Shown here piece by piece: positions 49,678-62,908 of a stretch of DNA of 64,000 nt. The stretch is from Octopus vulgaris (Eukaryota): NCBI GenBank assembly GCA_951406725.2, contig OX597815.1, forward strand, positions 159,464,001-159,528,000, given 5' to 3'. How positions within the stretch are numbered: position 1 is the first letter of the stretch; every line of letters begins with the position of its first letter. A program made the translations under genes and the position numbers. Under the pieces are notes generated by a model, which saw only the letters and a program-made list of their open reading frames with translations, did no database searches and was not told the DNA's origin.

Positions 49678-50390
49678 GTAAGGCAGTTATCTAAATGCAC
49701 ATGCACTTCAGAGGTGGCAAGACTGGGTCACTATATCTTCCCATATCTGCTATCACAGAGGAGCACACGCATTTAGCTAACCACCTTGTTATCTAATATT
49801 CAGTTACCTTTTATACCTAATGTGGATCTGGTTGGTAAGATTGGCTGAAGTTAATCTATAATGCTCTATGCTTTGATTTGTCTATCTACTTATTTATCTA
49901 TCTCTCACTCTCTCCCTCTCTCCTTGACACTTTGCCATTTGCCCTGTACATTTATCTTAAGTATATCTTCCTTTTTTTTGAATCCGTTGATGGTTTATGT
50001 CTACTTTATTCTTGTCAGGAATCAAATATCAAACTCACATCTGTTTTTGCATGCATGTCACTCATTCTTTTTCCTTTCTTTTTTTTTTAATGTGCTAAAG
50101 GTTAACTGAAAAATCATATTTATGTTTTTCTTTTAATATAGCTGTATGTACCAATCTTTACTTAGTCTCACATGTAGAATTAGGAAATTCTCTATTTTAT
50201 TAATCATGTTCGTGACATTTGCATTCAACTTCCAATAACTTTGATTGATTTCTGCAAAAATATTTTGAAACCTTGAATTATCAAAAAACTAAGCAATGTA
50301 ACTTTTTAATACATTTTTTTTTATTCCTATATAACCACATTAATGTGTATATATTGTTAGTTAAGTTAGCTTATGTATGATCTCTTTTAG

Positions 50391-50429
50391 ATGCCAAGAT
50401 AGCACCTTCTTACATGGAAACGCTTACCA
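50391..50429 (+). CDS. Possible exon (D)AKIAPSYMETLT
   Basis: Acceptor tctcttttag and donor A|gtaagg (alternative AAG|gtgtga ending at 50434). In frame with 49636-49677. Confidence 0.45.
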
Positions 50430-51354
50430 GTAAGGTGTGATGGTTGTAAAATAATTTATTATATCTTCAAATAGATATATATTAAGTATGAACATGATTA
50501 AAAATCAGTAATTATGAAGAAAGGTGACATTCTAAATGGAACTTGTTGACATATCTTAGTTTAAACCGAATATCCTTATGTGCTTAAGCCTTTTGATATC
50601 AACCTACCTGAAACTGCCTCTGGCTCTATAATACAAATGTCTTGTTTCCAAAAGTTCTGAACTAAAGTCTTTCACCAATCTTTAGTCATAATTTATGTTA
50701 CTAACACTAGCTTAATGATAACTAAGTTATTTTTCTAAATTCTTTGTTCTATTTAAAATTAATTGAAAGAAACACAGAGCATCTCAACAGAAATATGGTA
50801 ACAACAGGGTTAAGCATTTCTACTGGTGCTGGCATAGTTGTGTTGTTCAGAAATTTGCTTTCCAACTAAATGGTTTTTGGGTTCAGTTCCATTGCAAAGC
50901 ACCTTGGGCAAGAGTCTCCTGTTATAACCTTGGGCTAATCTAGACCTTGTGAGTGGTTTACGAGATAGAAACTGAAAGAAGCCTGTTGTCTGTGTGTGCG
51001 TGTTTGAATTTATGTGTCTGTGTATGTGGGTGCATGTGTGAGTGTATGTGCTTCCTTATCTTGACCTCACATTATGGTTATAAACATGCACAGGCATGGC
51101 TGTGTGGTAAGAAGTTTGATTCCCAACCACATGGTTCTGTGTTTCAATTCCACTGCAAAGAATCTTGGGCAAATGTGTTCTACTATATCCTCGGGCTGAT
51201 CAAATCCTTGTGAATAGATCTGGTAGACAGAAACTGAAAGAAGTCTGTCATATTTATATATATATATATATATATATAAAGGGAAAGTTTACGAAAATAA
51301 ACACACATTTATATTACAGACATACATATATATATATATGTATATATATGTATG

Positions 51355-51460
<106 letters not shown>

Positions 51461-51651
51461 CATACATATATATATACATATATATATATGTATGTCTGTA
51501 ATATAAATGTGTGTTTATTTTCGTAAAGTTTCCCTTTATATATATATATATATATATAAATATGACAGACTTCTTTCAGTTTCTGTCTACCAGATCTATT
51601 CACAAGGATTATTGTATTATTGGATGCTCAGGAAAGAAGGAAAGAAGGAGG

Positions 51652-51686
51652 GTTTAACGTTTCGAGCCGAGCTCTTCGTCGGAGAC
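51652..51686 (-). ncRNA. Minimal hammerhead-like motif (CCGACGA core variant), left arm
   Basis: The minus strand reads gtct-CCGACGA-a-gagc-tcg-gctc-GAAA-c-GTT-aaac. Confidence 0.55.
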
Positions 51687-51753
51687 ATAGGAGAAGGAAA
51701 GATCCAGAGAAGGGAAGACAGAGGAAAAAAAATCGCCAACGGTACACATGAGG

Positions 51754-51795
<42 letters not shown>

Positions 51796-51864
51796 GACCT
51801 CATGTGTACCATTGGCGATTTTTTTTCCTCTGTCTTCCCTTCTCTGGATCTTTCCTTCTCCTAT

Positions 51865-51899
51865 GTTTCCGACGAAGAGCTCGGCTCGAAACGTTAAAC
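51865..51899 (+). ncRNA. Minimal hammerhead-like motif (CCGACGA core variant), right arm
   Basis: gttt-CCGACGA-a-gagc-tcg-gctc-GAAA-c-GTT-aaac: 4-bp stems I and II, with an ACGT palindrome in place of stem III. Confidence 0.6.
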
Positions 51900-51999
51900 C
51901 CTCCTTCTTTCCTTCTTTCCTGAGCATCCAATAATACAATATTTGTTCCACGTCCTTGCATTGTTGTGTTTTTTTTGTGTATTTCTTGTTTGGATTAAC

Positions 52000-52066
<67 letters not shown>

Positions 52067-52597
52067 TTTTCCCACCCCCAACCACTTGACAACTGGTGTT
52101 GGTGTGTTTCCATCCCTGTAATTCTGCAGTTCAGGGAAAGAGACTGATGCAATAAGTACCAGGCTTAAACCAAATAAGTACTGGGGTTGATTCATTTGAC
52201 TAAAATTCTTCAATGTGGTGCCCCAGCATGGCTGCGCTCTAATGACTGAAACAAGTAAAGGATAAATGTTCACTGTCCTAGAAACGGTGACCCTCATTTC
52301 TAGTCTCCCATGATAACTTGTCCTGTCTCAGTAAATATTATCTTGCTTGGAAACAGGTGAGGTCTGGTAAGAGGGTAGGCATTTAAGATGAGTGGAGTGG
52401 CAATATATCACATTGCAGGTTCAAGTAATCCATGCCAGCATGAGAAAATGGAATTAAGATGCCATTAAAAGATCAGGAACATAGAAAAGAAACAATTCTT
52501 TTGAGTGATGTAGTAATTAATACGGATATGTGTATACATTTATTCTAAACAAATTTTGGGAAGATTAAGCCTTTAGCATTCAGATTACTCTGTTAAA

Positions 52598-52875
52598 TAT
52601 CGTCTGTGGTGGCTTTAATCTCATATCTGAGAATTTAGTTTCCTCTTTGCTGATTGCTTCCTTTATGGTGATGGTGTTGATGACTCTGTGGACTAATTTT
52701 TGCATAGAAGAGTCGATGCCATTAACTGCATGACAATGTTGGTAGAGGAGGAGGTTGATTTTGTTGAGCATTTCTCTCCTATCATTTCATTTCTTCCTTT
52801 TCTCTTCTGGTGGCTTCGAAGATTTTGATTCCGATGGTGATAGAACACTGCTACTTGGTATGATCTAAGGCTTGT
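52598..52875 (-). mobile_element. RTE-BovB-like LINE 3' end
   Basis: Frameshifted EEKRKK...RNAQQNQPPPLPTLSCS*WHRLFYAKISPQSHQ resembles the terminal zinc-finger region of RTE ORFs. Confidence 0.55.
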
Positions 52876-53843
52876 TTTTTAAATGATTTAACCCTTTTGA
52901 TACCCCTACCTGAAACTGCTTCTGGCTCTAGTACAAATGTCATGTTTTCAAAAGTTCTGAATTAAAATCTTCCATTAAACCTTAGTCACAATTTATGTTC
53001 CTAACACTAGCTTAATGATAACTACGTTATTTTATTAAATTCTTTGTTATATTTAAAATTTATTGAAAGAAACATAAACCATCTCAACAGAAATATGGTA
53101 ACAAAAGGGTTAAGCTCAATTCCAGTGGGTTTCTATGTTACTTTAAGTTGGTCCTTGTATCTTCGAAAAGGGCAATCTCATGGTTGTTTCCTTGTAGTGA
53201 GCTCGCTGAATAAGATTTGGTGTGAGAACCTTGACTCTTCCATTCTTACTACATGTCCTGACCATCAAAGATGGTGCTTCATTATCAACAATTCACTGCA
53301 TTGACTGTTAAATATAATGCTTATTTATTCTCATTATTTTTAAAATTAATCTTACATTATCTTGTAGCTTTGAGATTTTGATGACATGATTGTTTATTTT
53401 TAGAATGACATTGTAAGGGAGGTATAAGAGGTCAGATCTAGTTGGTTTGAACGTAAAACAGATAGAATATTTAGGCCACGGTTGACCTTTAAGCATTTAG
53501 ATTATTCTGCAAAATGTAATGAATGTTTTGAATTTAGTCATATGTTATCTTGTAAGTTTGAGATTTTGATGATGTGATTGTTTTTATTGTTTTGCGAATG
53601 ACATTGTAAAGCAGATGTGGGAGGCTAGATGTGGCTGGTTTGGACATTAAATAGGTAGAATATTTTGGTTGGATATAGCTGTTTTAAATGCTGATGGGTT
53701 GAGCCTTTCATAACCATGGCTCATACAAGGCTGCCTCTCTTATAAAGTTCAACTGTAAATACAAATATGGAAGTGAAATCTCATAATTATATCAAATATA
53801 AGATTTTGATAGACAAACAGTTGTCTCTTGTTTTTGCATTTAA

Positions 53844-54925
53844 CCCTTTCGTTACTATATTTCTGACCAAATTACACCCCTTATGTGTTTCAATTAATTT
53901 CTAATGTAATCATAAATTTAGTCTGGTTTCATTAAACAACTATAACTTTTTTATTTATCAATATATTAATCTGATTTTTGGAAGATAATTTAATGAAATA
54001 TTCTCAACCAATTCTATACTATAATTTTTGTCACAAAGTGACTCTATTTGCAGGTAGATACAGGTAAATTCCACAAAATATAAAATTATTAAAATTTTGT
54101 TCAAACATCGCTATAGAAAATATTAGCTAATATTCAATTGGGTATACAACAAAATTTTACGATAGAATTTGTTATTCTGGGTAACTTTCTGATACCCATA
54201 ATAATATTTATGGCAAAATAGGCCTTAATTTCATTTAAGGTTGTGGGAAATAACAAACTATCCTTTCTTTCGTTTTGTTTACGTTTAGCGTAACGGTTCG
54301 TTTTCGCTGTAATGATTTCAAATAGGCTCATTCGAAAAAGTAAATAGAAATAGCCTAAGGCTTTACCCTTCTGGGAAAGTCTGTGGCTTGGTCCAGTTTC
54401 TTCAGAAAAATCACCGAAAGAAACAGTTTTTAAATTTTCACTCCATTCAGGTGCCAATTCGTTTTCTTTATCGCTATCGGAGATCTCAGATTCACTGTTT
54501 TCACTTTCAGAAAATGAAACATCAAATTCATTATCAAATACCATGTGCTTTTTTTTTTCAGTCATAGAGTTAGATTTATGAAGGTCTTCAGTAGAAAATC
54601 CTTCGAATTCTGACTCGCTGCTTGATATAATGAAATTCGTATCCATTTTTTGTCAGAATTACAAATTTTGAAAACACAATAGGAACAAATTTCGGAAAAA
54701 AATCTCCCAAAATTCACGGAATTAAAATTACACTTCGATTATTGTACAAAACTGTAGTTGAACTGTTTACGAAGTATAATACGTGTTTTCACGAATGTAC
54801 TGAAGAGATTTGCTCTGATATTCTCATTTAAATATGAATAGGTAAATTCGGGCGGCTTTGGGTGGTTTGGTTTCATAAACCAAAATTTTTTTTGGGCGGC
54901 TTTGGGCGGTTTGGTAACGAAAGGG
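53844..54925 (-). mobile_element. Internally deleted piggyBac element retaining the transposase N-terminus (ORF 54134-54646)
   Basis: TTAA-ccctttcgttac...gtaacgaaaggg-TTAA. The ORF has an acidic Ser-rich leader, then TGP...YFYLLF..LFEIITAKTNRYA...PTTLNEIKAYFAINIIMGIRKLPRI. The catalytic DDD region is absent. Confidence 0.9.
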
Positions 54926-55439
54926 TTAAAAGGCTCACTTTTCTATTGAGTTATGAATCTTGGATTCTCACTGAAAGAGTACTCTCATGAATACAAGTGG
55001 ATTGAATGGGGCTCTTTCAAAAGATCACTTGAGTAATGTGGTTATAATGGCTAAGGAAACAATTGCAGGATAGGTTTTCTAGGCATGGCCAACCAGTAGG
55101 AGGCCTAAGATAGACCTCGAGTGAGATAGTTGGTTAATATCCAGAGCGTCATTTAGGATCCAGCCAGATCATTGCTTTTGGTTGCTTCTGATAGGACCCT
55201 CTTGAGATTGTATTTCAGGACTCTGCCCTCTTAACCCTCACAGAGCTAAGTGGGAAGATATGATGGGTGGATGGATAGATAGATAGATGGAAGTTAGCTA
55301 TTTTCCTAATCACCTCACCATTCTTGAGTATTTTTAGATATATAATAGAAAGGCAGTATATTCTTATCAGAAACAACAGAGACAACCACCACCATCATCA
55401 TCATTATTATCATTATCATCATCGTCCTCTTCATCATCA

Positions 55440-55795
55440 TCATTTAATGTCTGTTTTCCATGCTGGCATGGGTTGGATCGTCTCTATGGCTGGTTGCCTT
55501 TCATAATGTCAACCCCTCCACAGAGTGTACTGGATGTTTTTTTATGTGGCACCAGCACCAGTATTTTTAATGTGACACCAGCATAGATGCTTTTTATGTG
55601 GCACCAACACTGGTATCAATTCTGTTGTGGTGGACGAGTCTTCTTGAGTACACCAGGTATTTTGGCCCTTAGTCACCGACTTCTTAAGGGCTCAGTGTTT
55701 TGAGATCGGCCTTCAATACTTTGTCCTGTGTCTTCCTGGGTCTCCCTCTCCACAAGTTCCATCCACTTTAACTGATTGGAACTTCTGTATGCAAC
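55440..55795 (-). mobile_element. RTE LINE 3' fragment with tail
   Basis: Minus strand VKVDGTC-GRPRKTQDKVLKADLKTL, followed by the shared 3' tail and (TGA)n. Confidence 0.65.
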
Positions 55796-56448
55796 TATGA
55801 ATACAAAAGAATTAAATAATAAAAAAGAATTTAGTTATTGAAATCAAGTACTTCTGACCCTGTTTTGTATTCTGATGTTTTGAGGGATGAGGTTAAATAA
55901 TGTAACAAATTATTCCAAATAACTCAAGTGAAATACCTTGATTTAAGAAAACATATAGTCTTAGACCAAGATAATTTATCTGCTTTAGCTTGTCTAACTG
56001 TGAAATAAGTATTATTTCACTCCAAGAATACATAATTGGAGATGATAGAAAAATGAAAACAAGAAAAATTTGTACAATATATCTTGATTTGTATCCTAGT
56101 CAGGTTTTGTAAATTTTCCATCAGTGTTATACTTCCTCACCTCCCTAAATAAAATCCGAATACTTTTTCTTAGAAGAGAACAAAATATTGGAGAGGACAC
56201 GAAGACATGGACTGAATAATGATGCAGATAACAGTTAAAAGAACGTGTGTGTGTGTGTGTGTGTACACACACACCAAAGTAAGCACATAAATGTGAAACA
56301 AGGTGGGAAAAAATAGTATTTGAATACTGGATATAGAGTAATATGCTTTAATATTAAAGCTGCAAAAACATCACAAAAATATCACAAAAAAAGTCTGAGT
56401 GGCAGTTTTTGTGATATTTTTGCAGCTTTAATAATATATATATATGTA

Positions 56449-56498
<50 letters not shown>

Positions 56499-56739
56499 TA
56501 TAGATATATATATAGATATATATATATTTTTTCTTTTTTATTTGTTTTAGTCATTTGACTGTGGCCATGCTGGAGCACTGCCTTTAGTCGAGCAAATCGA
56601 CCCATTTATAAACCTAGCACTTATTCTATCGGTGTCTTTTGCCAAACTGCTAAGTTACAGGGACCTAAACACACCAGCATCAGTTGTCAAGTGATTGGGG
56701 GGAGGGGAACAAACACACACACACACAAACGTATATATG

Positions 56740-56778
<39 letters not shown>

Positions 56779-57607
56779 CAGATCTGACTGGGCCTGACGA
56801 AGCCTTCCAGCTTCACAGACCCCAGTTGACCCGTCCAACCCATGCTAGCATGGAAAGCGGATGCTAAACGATGATGATGATGATATATATACATACACAA
56901 CTGGCTTCTTTCAGTTTCCGTCTACCAAATCCAATCACAAGGCTTTGGTTGGCCCGAGGCTATAGTATAAGACACTTGCCCAAGGTGCCATGCAGTGGGA
57001 CTGAACCCAGAACCATGTGGCTGGTAAGCAAGCTACTTAAGATGTATATACACACACACATACATATAGAGAGTAATATGATGCTCAGAGGTATGCCAGC
57101 TCTAGCTGATAGGCAAACCAGCTTTGAGCAACCCCTCTTTTACCATTGGGCTGGAACCAGTTGAAGGCCACATTAACCAACATGCCTGTTTTCTTTTTAA
57201 TGGTGATAGAATATTATTTGAGGGAGATTTAGCTGCTGTTTCTAACCTATTGAGTGACCATTTAAAGATACTCTTATTGGCTTAAGGTAATTATATCATG
57301 AGAATAGATAAAAAAAAATAATAACAGAAATAAAACACTTCAGTGAATTCCAAAGAGTATTGAGTTTGTTAATATTTTGCATAGCATTAAGGTTAAAGTG
57401 TGAAGTATTCTACATTGCTAAAGTACTTTTACTCTACCAGTCTAGTAGAGTCTAGTCTCTGAAAAATATATCTTTCTTCATTTTAATGCCTAACTTTCCA
57501 TTCTTGTGTGGGTCAGTTGAGAGTACAGTGCAACAGAGTTTTCTATGGACTGAATTATCTGGTGCCTTGCTGTACTCAAGAAGACCTGTCCATAACAGCA
57601 GAATGGA

Positions 57608-57910
57608 TACTGGTGATGGCACCATTTAAAAAGCACTGATGAAAAGTACTGGTGATGGTGTCATGTGAAAAACACTGGTACTGGTGTCATGTAAGAAGCA
57701 CTGGTTCTGATGCCACATAAAATGCACTGGTGATAGTACCTTGTAAAAAGCACTGGCACTAGTGCCACATAAAAAAACAGTGGGACTGGTGCCACATAAG
57801 AAGCACTGATGATGGTACCATCTGTAAAAAACACTGGTGCTGGTGCGCCATGAAAAGCACTGATGCTGGTGTCATGAAAAAGCACTGGTGATGGTACCAT
57901 GTAAAAAGCA
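57608..57910 (+). repeat. Degenerate tandem array of about 26 bp (cactggtgctggtgccatgtaaaaag), about 12 units
   Basis: Periodicity is directly visible and the array runs into the RTE-type tail at 57925. Smaller antisense arrays near 24095-24210 and 55540-55615. Confidence 0.85.
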
Positions 57911-59513
57911 GTGGCACTTGGAAGGCACCCAGTACACTCTGTAAAGTGGTTGACATTAGGAAAAACATCTAGCTGCAGAAACCATGCTAGAACAGACAAT
58001 GGCAACTGGTGTGACCCCTCCCCACGGATTTGCCAGCTCCTGTTGAACATACATACACACACACACATACATCACAGAGAATTCACTCACAAGGCTGTGG
58101 TCAGCTTGTTATAGGAGAAGACACTTCCTAAGGTAGCATGTAGTTATACCAAACCCCAAATCATCTACACAGAAAGGGACATTCATAAATATACAGCCAC
58201 ACCTGCACCATATTAAATAATCATCATCTTATGTCTGTTTTCAATAACAACAACAGTAATAATAGTAATGCCTGGTGTACTAACAATTCTGCCTGCTCAC
58301 CACCATTAATAACAATAATAATGGTTTCAAATTTTGCCACAAGGGCAGCAATTTTGGGGAAGGGGATGAGTCAATAACATTGATCCGAGTGTTCAGCTAG
58401 TACTTATTTTATCGACCCTGAAAGGATGAAAGGCAAAGTTGACCTTGTTGGAATTTAAACTTAGAACATAGCAATGGGTGAAATACTGCTAAACATTTTG
58501 TCCAGTGTGCAAACAATTCTGCCAGCTCACTCCCTTCAAAATAATAATAATAATAATAGTGATAACTGGAATGACTCATATACTGAGAAGAGCATTATTG
58601 CTATGAAAACAATATCCATTCATGAATTTATTTATTAAAAAATTTTTTTATATATATATTTTACCTGTGAATTTGCGTGAATAATCTGGGAATGCATACA
58701 ATGAGCTTCTCTGCTCTAGGTGTACAGAAAACACTTGGTGAGAAACGGAAGAAAATTTGAAGAAAGAATGAAAAACAATAATAATAATAACAATGATAAT
58801 AAACATAATAATAAGACATAAAACCTACTTTAATACAGCTCCAGAAAACAGTGTTATTAGAGACAGCTAGGATTCTTAGAAGGGTTCTTGGTATCTAAGG
58901 TTACTTGTTGTAAGCTGATGTTAGGAATTTTCCTTTTTTTTATAATGATAAAATTTTGATTCAGGGTCAGCAGTTTTTGAGGGGCAGGGCAAGTCAATTA
59001 CATCAACCCTGGTGGTACTTGACTGGTACTTATTTTATCGATCACAAAAAAGGATGGTTGGCAAATTTGAACTCAGAACTTAAAGACAGATGAAAGGCCA
59101 CTTAATAACAATAATGATAATTATAAGAAGAAGAAGAATCCGTTCTACTAAAAGTACAAGGCCTGAAATTTGGTGGAGAGGGCTAATTGATTATATCAAG
59201 CCCAGTACATAACTGGTAGTTGACCTTGGTGGAATTTGAACTCAGAACGTAAAGATGGATGAAATGTCGCTAAGCATTTTGCTAGCTCACTACCTGAATA
59301 ATGGTAATAATAATAATAATAATACTATCTATGATATCAACGCCTAGTGCTTCACTGGTACTCAATTTATTGATTCTGAAAGGATGAAAGGCAAAGTTGA
59401 CCTTGGTAGAATTTGAACTCAGAACGTCAAAGCAGACAAAATACCACTATGCATTTTTCCCAGCATACTAATGATTCTGCCAGCTTGCTGCCTGAATAAT
59501 GATGATGATGATG

Positions 59514-59570
<57 letters not shown>

Positions 59571-59639
59571 TTCTTGAAGGAAACAGAACTATGATCATCA
59601 AAATTGCTATCAATATAAAGCCTCACATTTCCTAACTAT

Positions 59640-60080
59640 TCTCTACTGGCAGTCTGACATTTGTAATGAAACTGCCTCCAAGAAATTAGTGGTTCTCTTC
59701 AAGGCTAGAAAATACTTCAGCCCCTAACAGTTTTCTGACTCTTTTAAAATCTCAGTTGAGACCCACAGTGGAATACAGGCCCACATTAGGAACAGTGATG
59801 TCACTACATAGGAAAATCTGAGACTGTATCCAACAGAAATCCATCTGATTGATTGGCATGGAGTTACTCAGCATTTCTCTTCAACTTCTAGACCACAGAT
59901 GTGTTGTTCACTTTCTTTGTCTTTGGTATCATCACTACAATGGTCTCAGTTCACTGGAATCGGTTGCATAACAGCTTCATCTAACTCCTTCATCTCTCAT
60001 TTTGTCACCACATAATGTGTTCTTCTCAACCCTCCCTCTTGAGAGTGTCATCTCTCTGTAATTTCTTACACATACCTGTT
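59640..60080 (+). mobile_element. Decayed CR1/L2/jockey-type LINE 3' coding fragment
   Basis: LFKARKYFSP...KSQLRPTVEY..HI...IQQKSI resembles the LYKAQVRP.LEY.SH.W...VQ.RA motif. Confidence 0.55.
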
Positions 60081-60177
60081 TCCTTTAATCATTGATTTGA
60101 TGTTATTTATGATGTTATTTGATGTTATTCATCAGTCTCACCTGTCTTACACATGGGCACAATCTCTTCCCATTGAT

Positions 60178-60605
60178 AAGGCGGCAAGCTGGCAGAAATG
60201 TTAGCACATCGGGCAAAATGCTTAGCAGTATTTCGTCTGATGTTACATTCTGAGTTCAAATCCCGCCGAGGTCGACTTTGCCTGTCATCCTTTTGGGTTC
60301 AGTAAATTAAGTACCAGTTATGTACTGGGGTTGATGTGATTGACTTAATCTCTTTGTCTGTCATTGTTTATCTGCTCTATGTTTAGCCCCTTGTGGGCAA
60401 TAAAGAAATAAGAAATGTTAGCACGCCGGACAAAATGCTTAGCTGTATTCCATCTGTCTTTACGTTCTGAGCTCAAATTCTGCCAAGGTCGACTTTGCCT
60501 TTCATCCTTTCAGGGCCAATAAATTAAGTACCAGTTGCGTAAAGAGGTCAATCTAATCGACTGGCCCCCTAAAAAATTTCGGGCCTTGTGCCTAGGGTAG
60601 AAAAG
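60178..60605 (+). mobile_element. tRNA-type SINE family B, dimeric insertion with a 17-bp target-site duplication
   Basis: ggcggcaagctggcagaa head, B-box-like gagttcaaatcc and conserved gactttgcct(t)tcatcctttc...aagtaccag present twice. aatctcttcccattgat occurs at 60161-60177 and 60606-60622. Monomers near 6190, 18975, 19345, 19925, 23780, 24368, 36655 (+) and 7810-8490, 10100, 58320-59490 (-). Confidence 0.9.
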
Positions 60606-60770
60606 AATCTCTTCCCATTGATTTAACAAATTCGTAAAATAGCGGTGAAATGTGGGTATAATAATGCAAGCTGAGCTGAGAAAGATACTGGCTATCACTG
60701 GTATTACTGGCTGCTGAATGCAGGAACAACATCTAAACATCTACATTATGACCATGAGGTGCACATAGAT

Positions 60771-60807
<37 letters not shown>

Positions 60808-62769
60808 ACATAGAGAGTGAACATTTTCTGTTAGTAACTAAATATACTCTCACTAGACATATTATCAATCAAAACCCATGAAAAATGTACTTGTATAAGA
60901 CTTGAATGAACTCTTCTAGATAAGATGACTGAATTGTGATGCACTGGGTACCTCTATATATCAGAAACCAATGATGGAGCACTGGACATTATAGAAATTA
61001 TTATTCATTTATTGCTATTCTTATCCGAAAACTAAAAACTTAAGCATATCATAACTAAGTCCAATATCCATAAAATGTATCTGATGCTTACCAACAAAGA
61101 GAGAGAGAGAGAGGTGAGAGGGTCAATAAATGACTACCAAAGTACCATTTGGTATTGTATTTACTTTGATTATTGATTATAAATGTTATTTTTAATTATG
61201 TCACCTGCTGAATCAAAGTCTACTGCACTAACTAATTTTCTATTTTGTCTTTAGGGGAATTTGCTACAAAAATTGATTCTGCTTTAATCTCTTTTGTGTT
61301 ATGGTTGAAAGTGATCTAGTGTGTCTTTGATCGCTTAAAACCAGTTGCAGTATAAAAGAGATTATTATTTCTCTCTTTTGCTTTTGTCCTCTTAATTGTT
61401 ACTCTCATCCTTGTATCCCATCACCATCATCCTCGTCGTCATCGAACGCACTTGCCACCGTTGTCATTGTGATCATCTTCACTACCGATACTTTATCCAT
61501 TGCGTTTTGTCTCATCTTCTGCTATCCATTAAATACTTTTTATTACAAATGATGAGGATATTATTAATTCTAAAAGAAACAACAACAACAACGACAATAA
61601 TAATAATAATAATCATAATGATAATAATAATAATGGTTGTTTTGGTCAGTTTAACTTCAAGTAGGTAACATGTGTTTGTGGTCACAGCTTTCTTACCACT
61701 CAATAATAACAAAATAATCTGCTGACTGCTCGGCTAAAATTTATCTTGACGATGGCATGTCGTTAGAGTAACTTAGCTGCTGATTATTTCATTTTATTTT
61801 ATTTTATTTTTATTTTACTTTCTATTTTATTCATTATATTTATGGTTTTTTTTTTTGTACTGGCAACATAAGGATTCATTTGTCTCTCTCTGCCTATGTT
61901 ACAACTTTGTGGAGCATCACCCAACTTGTGGCTGCATTATTCATTAGTGCATTCTTCACTTCAGGATATTTTTTGTTTTCACAATGTATTCAGCATGTTT
62001 ACTGAGACATGAGTAAGTTTATATTGTTAATTACTTGTCCCTCAAACAACTTGAATGTTCTTTCTCCAGAAGCTTTATTCTAGGTCTTATTGTTATCTTT
62101 CTGGCTCTCTCTCTCTCTCTCTCTCTGTTTAACCTTTCAGCTTACTCTCAATTGATATATGCACCATTTTACATGTTTTAAACTCTGTATGTGTATCTAT
62201 CTTTGTACATGTAGTTAGAGTTGCTTTGTGTGTATGTTTTTTTTTTGTTTCATAAGATAGTTATATATAGAGAGAAAGTACCCATGACCTTTACAGAATA
62301 TCCCAGGTCTCTTCCAGAGGTGTATGTATGTGGCATGTTTGAGTGTATGTGTTGCTTGATTTTTATAGCTAACCCTTAGCATATCATTTCTTAAATTGGA
62401 TGAATTATACTGATGCATTTAAAAAAAAGCAGCTTGTGGTATATTACTCTTTACTTTTCATCATTATCATCATCTAATTTTTTTTCCATGCTTGCATGGG
62501 TCAGTTGAAATTTGTTTACACCATATTCCCGTCCTGTTGCCACACCACCACCTATTTCCAAGAAAGATAACATTTTCCCATACACAAATATGCTTTCCAC
62601 AGAGGAATGAATAATCTTGCTTGTATAATGTTGATGCTCATTTACAACCACCGTATGATGTTTAGAGAAGGGCACTTACACACACATGCACTCACACACA
62701 TATACATATACATGTGTGTGCATGTATGTATTTATTTATGTATGTATATATGTATGTATGTATGTATGT

Positions 62770-62873
62770 CACTATTCAGTTTATTTCAAGATTTCTTGCC
62801 AATAGAGAAAGAATCAGTTTCTAACCTAGATCCAAGGTTCCTTCATTAGAATTTCAATGTCAACAACAGGGTA

Positions 62874-62908
<35 letters not shown>

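Noticed and set aside
61254-61320. Possible terminal exon after ttttgtctttag
   Set aside because: All frames close within about 22 codons and there is no independent support.
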